A stretch of DNA of 29,777 nucleotides from an uncultured Nannocystaceae bacterium. GTDB taxonomy: Bacteria; Myxococcota_A; Polyangia; Nannocystales; Nannocystaceae. A model generated the notes under the pieces. That model was given only the letters and a program-made list of their open reading frames with translations, did no database searches and had not been told where the DNA came from. The position numbers and the translations under genes were made by a program. How positions within the stretch are numbered: the first letter of the stretch is position 1; the number at the start of each line of letters is the position of its first letter. The stretch is from contig CAZYSW010000008.1 in NCBI GenBank assembly GCA_964650105.1, forward strand, positions 2,685-32,461, in the 5' to 3' direction. Below, piece after piece: positions 7,816-16,178 of the stretch.

Positions 7816-9233
7816 CGCCGTGAGCGGCGACGGCTCGCTACGAACGCCAAACACACCAGGCCCCACGGCGACCCGGTGGTCGGTCGGTGGGTGCAGGCGC
7901 ACCCCGAGCCCGAGCCGCCGCCGTCGGCTTGCGGCGTGCCGTCGGTGGCCGTCCCCGAGCCGTCGTCGGGTTCCGAAGGCGTGCCGGTCTCGTCGAGACC
8001 ACCGCCGGTGCTCGCGTCGTCGCTGCCGGTGGTCCCCATCGGATCGTCGGGGACCTCCGCACCGACCCCGATGGTGACCGGGTCCGAGACGCCGACGTTT
8101 CCTCCCCAGTCCTCCGCCACGGCGACGATCGTGAAGACCCCGTCCGGGAAGGGTACGCCCTCGAAGGCGTAGGGAGGATAGGTGTCGCGCACCGGCTGGG
8201 CCATCCCGTCGATCTCGACGTACACGTCCTTGACGCCCCAGCCGTCGTCCACGGCCTCGATGAGGATGTCGACCGGCGTCCCGGACTCGAGCTCGTCTCC
8301 GTGCGTGGGCGACGTGATCGTCACCACGGGGGGATCGACGTCGTCGATGGCATCGAACGGTTCGCCGCAGGTGGACGCCGGGCCCGAGCGAGGCGTGCCG
8401 GCACACCAGTTCTCCCAGCTCCCGTAGCCCATCGAACCGCCGGTGAAGAAGCCGTCGCAGTTGGGCGAGGGTTGCCAGTTCCCCTCGGCGTCGTGGCAAG
8501 GCGTGATGTCGATGCCCGATTCGGACTCGATCCAGGGGATCGCGGGGTGCATGAGGGCGTGCACGCCGGCCAGGCCGCATCCCACACCGGTCGAGACCAT
8601 CGAGATCGCCCGCCAGCTCCCGTCGGCCATCTGCACGAACGCCGACCCGCCCGAGTCGCCCGAGCAGGTCGAGGTCCCGTCGCCTCCGATGTTGATGGTG
8701 TTGCCGAACGTGCTCACGACGGTGGTCGTCGCCCAGCGCTTGGTGCCCGAGCCACCCGTGTCGCTGTCGTTGCCGAATCCGGCGATCACCACCTCCAGGC
8801 CGGGCTCGAGCACCTCGAGCTCGCAGCCGTACAGCGGCGGCGTGAACGGGATCTCGGTGATCGGCTCGGCGAGCACGCAAAACGCCCAGTCGTGCGCCTG
8901 GTCGGTGGTGCCCACGTAGTCCGGGTTGGCCAGGCACCGCTCGACCTGCCGGGTGTACGCCGCCCCCGTGGAGCTCTCCCCGAACTTGATCTGCTTGTTG
9001 GCGTCCCCGCAGTGCGCCGCATAGGTGACCAGCCGGGGGTGCACGAGGGTGCCGGTGCACAGCCCACCGCCGCCGGTCACCGCCACGGTGTCGGGCCAGG
9101 CACACTCCTGCGCTGCCTCTCCGCCGGCGATCTTCTGCGGGCGCGGGGGATCGACCAGGGGGAGCTCGGCGGCGCCGGCCAGGCTCGGGACGAACAGCGC
9201 GAGCGCGGTGGTGAGCAGGATCGGACGATGCAT
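7812..9233 (-). CDS. Secreted trypsin-like (S1 family) serine protease with a C-terminal MYXO-CTERM-type sorting tail.
   Basis: Inner part of track ORF 7812..9446(-). The start is the ATG at 9233 (MHRPILLTTALALFVPSLAGAAELP signal peptide). The catalytic triad context is IAGGEAA...CTGTLVHPRLVTYAAHC (His), DWAFCVL (Asp) and CSGDSGGSAF (Ser). An acidic G/T/D-rich linker is followed by GSGCACTHRPTTGSPWGLVCLAFVASRRRSRR, i.e. a GC motif, hydrophobic helix and Arg-rich tail, the hallmark of MYXO-CTERM. Confidence 0.8.
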   Translation of the reverse strand: MHRPILLTTALALFVPSLAGAAELPLVDPPRPQKIAGGEAAQECAWPDTVAVTGGGGLCTGTLVHPRLVTYAAHCGDANKQIKFGESSTGAAYTRQVERCLANPDYVGTTDQAHDWAFCVLAEPITEIPFTPPLYGCELEVLEPGLEVVIAGFGNDSDTGGSGTKRWATTTVVSTFGNTINIGGDGTSTCSGDSGGSAFVQMADGSWRAISMVSTGVGCGLAGVHALMHPAIPWIESESGIDITPCHDAEGNWQPSPNCDGFFTGGSMGYGSWENWCAGTPRSGPASTCGEPFDAIDDVDPPVVTITSPTHGDELESGTPVDILIEAVDDGWGVKDVYVEIDGMAQPVRDTYPPYAFEGVPFPDGVFTIVAVAEDWGGNVGVSDPVTIGVGAEVPDDPMGTTGSDDASTGGGLDETGTPSEPDDGSGTATDGTPQADGGGSGSGCACTHRPTTGSPWGLVCLAFVASRRRSRR

Positions 9234-9300
9234 GCGGCGATGGTACCGGTTTCGCGGCCCGGCGCGGGAAACGGAATCGAGTTCTCGCCGCGAAAGACCT

Positions 9301-11097
9301 TCACGCACCGCGGCAACGGGCGATCTCCAGCGAGAGGATGCGCCGGAGGATCGCGATCGTACAACCGTAGGTGGCGTCGACCCCGAAGTAGGAGAGGCTC
9401 TTGGACAGAAGGCTCTGTCGACGAGAGTACGGCGTGTCCGAGGCATAGTGGACCATGCCGAAGTCGAACGGCAACAGGTTGGAGAGATGCACGATCTCGT
9501 CCCGCGGGTGCCGCTTGGGATAGACCATCTCGTAGATCGCCGACAGGTAGGGGCCGGCCTCCATCTCCAGCACCGTGTAGCCTTCGCGGTAGAAGACGTC
9601 CATGTAGTCGGGGTTCTGCAGGAACGACCCGCGAACGGTCAGGGTCTTCTGATTGTCCATGACCGTGCCCTGCACCAGCGGCGCGATGTCTCCCGCCACC
9701 AGTCCGTTGCGGAAGAGGTAGGTGTTCTCGGAGTGCTCGTCGTAGGCGACCGTGGAGATCATGATGTCGCCCACCCGCCCGTTGAGGGTGGCGGCCTTGC
9801 CCATCACGTAGATGCCCCGAATTTCCCCGACCCCTTGCGCGAGCTGGGTGAGGTGGTGGTACGCCGCCATGCCCAGGGGATAGTCGATGTTGATGATGAC
9901 CGCGTCGCTTCGGGCCAAGGACTCGATGCCCTCCACCATGGCCCGCGGATCGAGTCGCTCGGGGCGGATCTTGCACAGCTCGAAGAGCTGGGCGTTCACG
10001 TCGAGGTGCCCGGGCCGCTTGAGGGTGGCGATGCCGCACTCGGCGTCCGACGCCTGGACGCGTTGGCGACGCTCGTCTTCCTCGGCCGGGTCGGCGCTGA
10101 TGAACAGGCGCAGAAGGTAGTAACTGAGGTTGTCGGACTCCGCTTCGTTGCCGGCGGCGATCGCCTCGTCCACGCGCGCCGCCAGCCCTTCGGGGTTGTT
10201 GGCCCGGGCGAATGCGAAGATGGCATCCCGGTGCATCCGGGCGTACCCGCCGATGAGGTTCGGCAGCGCATGGGTGTTGCTCGACACGAAGTAGACGGGA
10301 CGCGGGCGGGTGCTCCCGTTCCCCCGGTAGGCGGCCTCGATCCCCTGCCACCAGCGCTGCGTCGCCCGCCGATACTCGAGCAGGGTCCCGGCCAGAAGCC
10401 GCAGCGACAGGTCACACGGACCCGACGCGATCGCGCGCGCGCCTTCGGTGGCCTCGTCGCCCAGGGCGCGCAACAGCATGCTGGCGTCGTGCAGGTCGAT
10501 GCCCAGCGCGTCCGCGATGCGTGCCTCGAAATCGGTGTGATCCTCGGGCGTGAGCGCCCCCTTGATCAATCGCTGGCCGAGCTCGCTCCGCGAGAGCCGC
10601 TCGTGCATCTTGTTCCACTCGATCTGATAGGCGGTGACGATGGGGACCAGGTCGTCGATGTCGGACGCGCTGGTGACGAACACGGCGATCGTCGCGGCGC
10701 CGTCCCAACGAATGGGTCGACGCCGGCCGCGGGTCTGGACGTTGACCCAGCTCCCGGCAGCGACCCCCGCCGACTCGAATTGCTCGACGGACTGGCCGGC
10801 GATGATTCGACGGATCCGGGGCATCTCGGTGGGAAGTCGGGCCGCACTGTAGGCGAACGCCGCCACGTCGGGCTTCGCATCGCGGGCACCCGCGTGCAGG
10901 CTGGAATCGGAGTAGGCGTGCGCCTCCTCGAAGGCGCGCACGCGAACGTCTCCGGAGCTGCGAAGCAGCGAATAGTAGGTCCGAATGTAGAGCTCGATGG
11001 CGTTGCTGGTCGTACGCGGGGGCTGTCGATCCACGGGAGACCTCGTGGTGTGAGCGGGTCGGACGGGCCTTCGGCGTCCGAGGGCCGGGTCCGCCAT
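9301..11097 (-). CDS. Hypothetical 599-aa protein with an unrecognised N-terminal about 400 aa. The C-terminal region may be a nucleoside-phosphorylase (PNP/MTA-nucleosidase)-like fold.
   Basis: Inner part of track ORF 9301..11424(-). The start is chosen at the ATG at 11097 (MADPALGRRRP...), because the upstream track residues are Arg/Pro junk. The C-terminus (DAVIINIDYPLGMAAYHHLTQLAQGVGEIRGIYVMGKAATLNGRVGDIMISTVAYDEHS...EMEAGPYLSAIYEM) resembles the PNP_UDP_1 core pattern. This assignment is tentative. Confidence 0.55.
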   Translation of the reverse strand: MADPALGRRRPVRPAHTTRSPVDRQPPRTTSNAIELYIRTYYSLLRSSGDVRVRAFEEAHAYSDSSLHAGARDAKPDVAAFAYSAARLPTEMPRIRRIIAGQSVEQFESAGVAAGSWVNVQTRGRRRPIRWDGAATIAVFVTSASDIDDLVPIVTAYQIEWNKMHERLSRSELGQRLIKGALTPEDHTDFEARIADALGIDLHDASMLLRALGDEATEGARAIASGPCDLSLRLLAGTLLEYRRATQRWWQGIEAAYRGNGSTRPRPVYFVSSNTHALPNLIGGYARMHRDAIFAFARANNPEGLAARVDEAIAAGNEAESDNLSYYLLRLFISADPAEEDERRQRVQASDAECGIATLKRPGHLDVNAQLFELCKIRPERLDPRAMVEGIESLARSDAVIINIDYPLGMAAYHHLTQLAQGVGEIRGIYVMGKAATLNGRVGDIMISTVAYDEHSENTYLFRNGLVAGDIAPLVQGTVMDNQKTLTVRGSFLQNPDYMDVFYREGYTVLEMEAGPYLSAIYEMVYPKRHPRDEIVHLSNLLPFDFGMVHYASDTPYSRRQSLLSKSLSYFGVDATYGCTIAILRRILSLEIARCRGA

Positions 11098-11251
11098 CGT
11101 GGGAAACGGGCTCGCGGCCCTCGGTGGACGTCGCGTGCCTCGGCAGCGCCGTCGGCCGGACCGAGGCCCGAGGACTATCGGCGCATTTCGAGCGTCGAGC
11201 AAACGCGATCGGCGGCGTCGCGAACGGTGCCGTCGGGGGCACGAAGCCGGG

Positions 11252-11728
11252 TCACGGGCCGCGGGGACGCCGGCGATCGTACTTGGCCGCCCCCGCCCAC
11301 AAGCGTCGACGCTCGCCGGGGGTGCAGGCCCCGTGGTCGTGACACTGGGCCTGCATCCGGCGGGTGGCCGCGATGGCCGAGACGAGAGGCACGTCGAGGA
11401 CCTCGGGGGGAACGCAGCTCCCAACGAAGCGGAGCGTGTACGCGGCGCTCATGCCATGGATGCCTCGGGTCGAAAAGCGGCGGGGGTCGCCGTGGTGCCA
11501 TGCGCACGAGGGATCGAGCCAGCCGACGCGCATCGCGTTGCGTCGCATGCTTCGACCCGCCGATGCATCGTCGTGGTGGGCACCGACCCATCGGCAGTGA
11601 CTCTCGCGACGACAGATCGCCATCAGCTCGTCGGCGAGGTCCGGCTCGCCGACGAGCCACGGGCCGACGTGCGTCGAGGCCACGGGGTCCAGCGCCACCC
11701 GCAAGAGCAGGGCCATGACCGCGAACAT
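11252..11728 (-). CDS. Small (158 aa) secreted Cys/His-rich hypothetical protein.
   Basis: It is hidden inside the junk-looking track ORF 11252..12988(-). From the ATG at 11728 it reads MFAVMALLLRVALDPVASTHVGPWLVGEPDLADELMAICRRESHCRWVGAHHDDASAGRSMRRNAMRVGWLDPSCAWHHGDPRRFSTRGIHGMSAAYTLRFVGSCVPPEVLDVPLVSAIAATRRMQAQCHDHGACTPGERRRLWAGAAKYDRRRPRGP*. It has a signal-peptide-like N-terminus and a high GC3. It sits 154 bp upstream of the 9301..11097 gene on the same strand. Confidence 0.35.
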   Translation of the reverse strand: MFAVMALLLRVALDPVASTHVGPWLVGEPDLADELMAICRRESHCRWVGAHHDDASAGRSMRRNAMRVGWLDPSCAWHHGDPRRFSTRGIHGMSAAYTLRFVGSCVPPEVLDVPLVSAIAATRRMQAQCHDHGACTPGERRRLWAGAAKYDRRRPRGP

Positions 11729-11988
11729 GGTGCGGGAGCATAACGGCCGATCGAGGGTGCTTCGGACGAGGGGCCCGTGCGCGGCGACGGCGACTGAAGG
11801 ATCGGCGAGGTGCCGGACACCGGTTTCAGGCATTGGGCCCGAAACCCGGCATGTCGTGGCTCGATGGTGTGACCGAACGCAAGGCGCGAGTGCGCGGCCG
11901 CGGTCGGGATCACGTCGTGTCGTGCCCCGAAGCGGTGCGGGCGACCGGCACCGGAACACCAGGAGGGCCCAACTCACGCGCACGCGCG

Positions 11989-12018
11989 TTGACGGCGCGC
12001 GACGGCCACAGCTAAGAA
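11989..12018 (+). promoter_or_regulatory. Candidate MerR-type promoter.
   Basis: TTGACG lies at 11989..11994. An approximately 18-nt GC-rich spacer contains a CGCGCG...CGCGCG hairpin-forming element. TAAGAA at 12013..18 is about 44 nt upstream of the MerR start. Confidence 0.25.
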
Positions 12019-12061
12019 GTCGCACGTCGAACTTTCGAGCTCGTCGTCGCGCGGTGCATCG

Positions 12062-12850
12062 ATGGAGGATCGACCCGATCTCCTGAAAATGTCGGCGTTC
12101 GCCGCAGCGGCCGGCGTGCCGGTGCCCACGATCAAGCACTACCTGCGCGAGGGGCTGCTGCCCGAACCGGTCCGGACCAGCCGCAACATGGCGTACTACG
12201 ACGCTTCGCTCGTCGAGCGCGTGAAGGCGATCAAGCGCTTGCAGCAGGAGCTCTACCTCCCGCTCAAGGTGATCCGACGGATCCTGGATCGACTCGACGA
12301 CGGCGAGCTCCCGGCAGAGCTGGCGGTGGAGGCGACGATCGCTCGCGTGCTCGAGGACCTCGCACCCAAAGAAGCGATCTCGCGCCGTCGGTCGATCGCC
12401 AGTGGCATCACCGCGAGCGAGCTCGACCTGCTCACGAAGCTGGGGATCGTGCACCCCGTCGGCAAGGGTGATGCACAGCGGTTCGAGGGCGACGACGTGG
12501 CGCTCCTCGAGGTCTTCGCGCAGGCCCGTCGCGCAGGCCTCACCCCCGAGATGCTCCCGCCGGAGATCCTGCGAGAGTACACGCACGCCGTGCGTCGGCT
12601 CGTTCGCGTCGAGCTGCAGCTCTTCCGCCGGGGGGTGATCCCGGCAGCCGGTCGGAATCTGGCCCAGCTCACCGAGGCCGCCACCACGCTCAGCGAGCGT
12701 CTCGTCGTGCTGCTTCGCCGACGGCTCATCCTGCCCACGCTGCGCTCGATGTTCGAGCCGTCCGCCGCCGCCCCCGACGCGCCCGAGACCGTCCCGAGCG
12801 TCGACCGCTCTTCCCCCGAGGGGAACGAAAGAGCACGGAGCGCGCGGTGA
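12062..12850 (+). CDS. MerR family transcriptional regulator.
   Basis: Track ORF 12062..12850. The N-terminal HTH is LLKMSAFAAAAGVPVPTIKHYLREGLLPEP...MAYYDASLVERVKAIKRLQQELYLPLKVI. An alternative start is M10 (12089). Confidence 0.8.
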   Translation: MEDRPDLLKMSAFAAAAGVPVPTIKHYLREGLLPEPVRTSRNMAYYDASLVERVKAIKRLQQELYLPLKVIRRILDRLDDGELPAELAVEATIARVLEDLAPKEAISRRRSIASGITASELDLLTKLGIVHPVGKGDAQRFEGDDVALLEVFAQARRAGLTPEMLPPEILREYTHAVRRLVRVELQLFRRGVIPAAGRNLAQLTEAATTLSERLVVLLRRRLILPTLRSMFEPSAAAPDAPETVPSVDRSSPEGNERARSAR

Positions 12851-12957
12851 GCAGGAGCGCAGGCGCGCATCCGGGGTCGCGTGGAGGCGCCCGAGCGTTC
12901 GCCGCGGGCGACGACCCGCGTTGACGGGCGACGTTCGGCGGCGGTACAGACGATGCA

Positions 12958-14082
12958 GTGAGGTGCAGCATTGGATGGGCCCTCGCATCGGCGCTCGGTG
13001 GCCTGGGGATCGGGTGTGGCGGTGACGATCTCGAGTCCGCGCCCGACGAGAGCGCGGAGGAGACGACCCGCGGCGAGGACACGACGTCTGCGGGGGTGGA
13101 CGAGGGCTCGACGACCGCGCCGAACGACGACGAAGGCGGCTCCACCCAGGGCACGGCGGGGGGCGAGTCGGGGGGCAGCAGCGGTGGCGGTTCGCGGCTC
13201 GGCCCGCCCTACCCCATCGTGTTGTGCCACGGGTTCTTCGGTTTCGAGGACTTCGCGGGCGTCGATTTCGTGAACTACTTCTTCGGGGTGGTCGATCACC
13301 TCGCGGAGCACGGCGAGGTGCTGGTGTTCACGCCCGCGGCCGATCCGTTCAACGACTCGACGGTGCGCGGTGAGCAGCTCCTGGCGGAGGTGGAGGCCAT
13401 CTTGGCCCGCACCGGACACGCCAAGGTGAACCTGGTGGGACACTCGCAGGGCGGGCTCGATGCGCGGGTGGTGGCGTCCACCCGGCCCGATCTGGTGGCC
13501 TCGGTGACCACGATCGCCACCCCGCACCAGGGCACCCCGATCGCCGACATCGCGTTGGGGCTGGTGCCGAACCCCCAAGCACAGGCGGTCGTGGACGCGC
13601 TGCTCGGCCTCTTCGGTGGCGTGATCTGGGACGAGATCGACGAGGGCTCGTCGCTGGCCGCCAGCCTTCACCAGCTCTCGACGCCGGGGATGGCGGCCTT
13701 CAACGCCGCGTATCCGGACGCGGAGGGCGTGCTCTACCACTCGATCGGGGGGCGAACCGACTGGCACCCCGGCGGTGAGGACTGCGTCGGTCGAGCGCCG
13801 CCCGAATTCGTCAGCGCGTTCGAGCACGAGCTCGATCCGGTGGACCCCGCCCTGGCGCTGACCGAGGAGATCCTCGACGACTCCATCTTCGACCCGGTCC
13901 CCAACGACGGGCTCGTGCGGGTCCGCGACGCCAAGTGGGGCGAGTTTCTCGGATGCGTTCCCGCCGACCACCTCGACGAGATCGGGCACTTGCTGGGCGA
14001 CGATCCCGGTTGGGCGGGCGAGTGGACGCACCTGGACCTGTACGCCGGCGTGGTCCAGTTGTTGCGCGACCGCGGTCTTTGA
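12958..14082 (+). CDS. Secreted lipoprotein triacylglycerol lipase (alpha/beta hydrolase, family I-like).
   Basis: Track ORF 12958..14082. It has a lipobox (LGGLGIGCGGDD) and an acidic T/S/G/E linker. The YPIVLCHGFFGF oxyanion region and the VNLVGHSQGGLD nucleophile elbow (GHSQG) are present. The C-terminal Asp/His region is DHLDEIGHLLG. Confidence 0.8.
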   Translation: MRCSIGWALASALGGLGIGCGGDDLESAPDESAEETTRGEDTTSAGVDEGSTTAPNDDEGGSTQGTAGGESGGSSGGGSRLGPPYPIVLCHGFFGFEDFAGVDFVNYFFGVVDHLAEHGEVLVFTPAADPFNDSTVRGEQLLAEVEAILARTGHAKVNLVGHSQGGLDARVVASTRPDLVASVTTIATPHQGTPIADIALGLVPNPQAQAVVDALLGLFGGVIWDEIDEGSSLAASLHQLSTPGMAAFNAAYPDAEGVLYHSIGGRTDWHPGGEDCVGRAPPEFVSAFEHELDPVDPALALTEEILDDSIFDPVPNDGLVRVRDAKWGEFLGCVPADHLDEIGHLLGDDPGWAGEWTHLDLYAGVVQLLRDRGL

Positions 14083-14561
14083 CCGGCGCGCGCGACCGTG
14101 ACGTTGCCGGGAGCTCGCTCTCGTCGCGCGCGGTGGCGTGCTCGGTGTGACTTTGGGCTCGCCGACCCATGCATGAACGACGCACGGCACCCGCGACGCC
14201 GGTGCACACCGCGACCGCGTCGCGACTGGACGGCCGGAGTCGCGAACGGGCGCAGACGATGCGGGCTCGCAGGCGCTCGTTGGCCTCGAACGAGATCGCG
14301 GACGAGGTAGGAGAGCGGTTGAGTCCCCGCCGTCTCGATCTCCAAAACGATGCGCGACGTGTCATATGAAAGAGGTGGATCGGCGCCGTGGCTCGCCGCA
14401 GCCGACCGGCAACGCTCGTCGGAGGCGCGGTTGCGAAGGTCCGGCCCGGTGGCAAGGTGCACGCGGTCACGCGCGCGTGGGTGCAAGGCGTACGAAGAGC
14501 CGGCCGCGCAGCCGCACGACTCGGCCGGGGACCGCGATGCGGACACGAGGAGGGGACCAGC

Positions 14562-16166
14562 ATGAGACGCAGACGCTTCCTGAAGACGGTCGGCACGGTC
14601 GGCGCGGCCGTCGGAGCCGGGGCCTTCGGGATCCTGAAGTTTCCGCGGGGCGTCCACGCGGCGGGATGGGGCGCGTGGCCCGAGGACAAGCTGGACGCGC
14701 TCCTGCCGGAGGCCGCTCGAGCCCAAAGCGTGCTCGAGCTGCACGTCAACGGCGGCATGAGCACGTTCGACACCTTCTACACCATCCCGTCGTGGGGGCA
14801 GGCGAGCTCGACCTTCGTCCACGTGTTCGGGCCCGGTAGCCCGGGCATCGACGCGCTGCCCCCCCAGGCGCGGCGCGACGATCGCTTCGCGATGTGTGCC
14901 CCCGCCAACGTGCAGAGCCAGGGGCTGTGGGTCCCCTTCGGGGCGGCCGACGGGGCCGGCAACGAGATCTATCTCGGCCCGTGGATCTATCCGTTCCGCT
15001 CCCGCCCCGACGTCCTGGAGCGCATGCGGATCGTCGTGCAGCGGCACGACCAGGCCGCGCACGAGGGTGCCAACCCCGTCTCGTTCACCGGGGATCGACT
15101 CGGCACGCCTCGCATGTCCGGGATCGGGGCGGCAATCCAGCGCTACTTCACCGAGAACCCCGGCTTGCCGGGGGGCAGCGGCCTGCGCGCGGCACCGTAC
15201 GCGTACATCCTCTACCCCGCCGGCTACAACCCGTTCAACGCGGTGGCGGCCACGACGGTGGGCTTTCACCCCGGCTCCTCGCGCCCTCTGGCCCTCAGCG
15301 TGGACCCGGGCTCGCAGCTCTATCAGCTCCTGTCCCGACCGGGGCTCGACGACCCCGAGGCGTTCGACGCTGCGATCGCCTACTACCGGGCGGCGTACGA
15401 GAACCGACTGATCGGCGCGGGACGAGCGACGCCGGCGCGATCCCCCGAGTGGTCCAACTACCAGTTCGCCGACTTCGCCCGGCGCCACGCCCCGGAGCTG
15501 CAGGACGTGCTCCCTCCGAGCTTGTTCACCAACATCGGCGCTCCGCAGGTGTGCGGACAAGGATTCCCTCAACCGGACATGCCGCGCATGCAGGCCCGCA
15601 TGGCGGCCAGCTTGCTGACACGGGCGACCAACGCGGCGCGGTACGTGATGTGGATCGACGCCGGGCTGAGCCCCTCGAGCACCGGAGGCCACGACGTCCA
15701 CAACCGCTCCATCGAGCTCGACGGCATCAACCTGCCGCACACGTTCGAGGCGTTGCTGGAGATCATCCGTGACCCGAACAACCCCCGGCCCGGGGACGAC
15801 CAGCGGATCGATCTCGACCGCACGATGGTGGTCATCAATACCGAGTTCGGACGCACGCCCTATCGGCAGGGCGACACCGGCACCAACCACTGGCCCTCGG
15901 GATACGTCAACATCTTCATCGGGGGGCCGGTGAACCCGGCGAACGGCAACGGCCGGAGCGTCTACGGGTTCATGCAGGAGTCCGACGGGGTCGCGGTGCA
16001 GTACGTCCGCCCGGCCGAAAATCGCATGATGGTGCTGCAGGCCATGGGCATCTATCCGTTCTCGTCACAGACCTTCGCGGTCGGCGACGTGCCCCACCCC
16101 GACGTCGACGACGAGCTGCAGGCGGCCCGACGGATTCGGGATGTCTACCTCGGGTACCAGGCATAG
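14562..16166 (+). CDS. DUF1501 family protein (Tat-secreted, sulfatase/phosphatase-like fold), 534 aa.
   Basis: Inner part of track ORF 14388..16166. The start is the ATG at 14562, preceded by GAGGAGGGG (14546..14554). The twin-arginine signal is MRRRRFLKTVGTVGAAVGAGAFG. The DUF1501 hallmarks are AQSVLELHVNGGMSTFDTFYTIP and TMVVINTEFGRTPYRQGDTGTNHWPSGYVNIFIGGP. Confidence 0.8.
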   Translation: MRRRRFLKTVGTVGAAVGAGAFGILKFPRGVHAAGWGAWPEDKLDALLPEAARAQSVLELHVNGGMSTFDTFYTIPSWGQASSTFVHVFGPGSPGIDALPPQARRDDRFAMCAPANVQSQGLWVPFGAADGAGNEIYLGPWIYPFRSRPDVLERMRIVVQRHDQAAHEGANPVSFTGDRLGTPRMSGIGAAIQRYFTENPGLPGGSGLRAAPYAYILYPAGYNPFNAVAATTVGFHPGSSRPLALSVDPGSQLYQLLSRPGLDDPEAFDAAIAYYRAAYENRLIGAGRATPARSPEWSNYQFADFARRHAPELQDVLPPSLFTNIGAPQVCGQGFPQPDMPRMQARMAASLLTRATNAARYVMWIDAGLSPSSTGGHDVHNRSIELDGINLPHTFEALLEIIRDPNNPRPGDDQRIDLDRTMVVINTEFGRTPYRQGDTGTNHWPSGYVNIFIGGPVNPANGNGRSVYGFMQESDGVAVQYVRPAENRMMVLQAMGIYPFSSQTFAVGDVPHPDVDDELQAARRIRDVYLGYQA

Positions 16167-16178
16167 GAGAGGAAGGTC

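Noticed and set aside
11099-11743. A 214-aa plus-strand ORF.
   Set aside because: It is Arg-rich junk. The minus-strand frame at 11252..11728 has a signal-peptide-like start and a balanced composition, so that one is the more plausible gene. It remains low confidence.
14083-14561. Small ORFs (14098..14310, 14169..14369) and a cgcgacgc...gcgtcgcg inverted repeat in the 479-bp region upstream of DUF1501.
   Set aside because: The ORFs are Arg-rich with no motifs. The inverted repeat has a 17-nt loop and may be incidental. I treated the region as intergenic or regulatory only.
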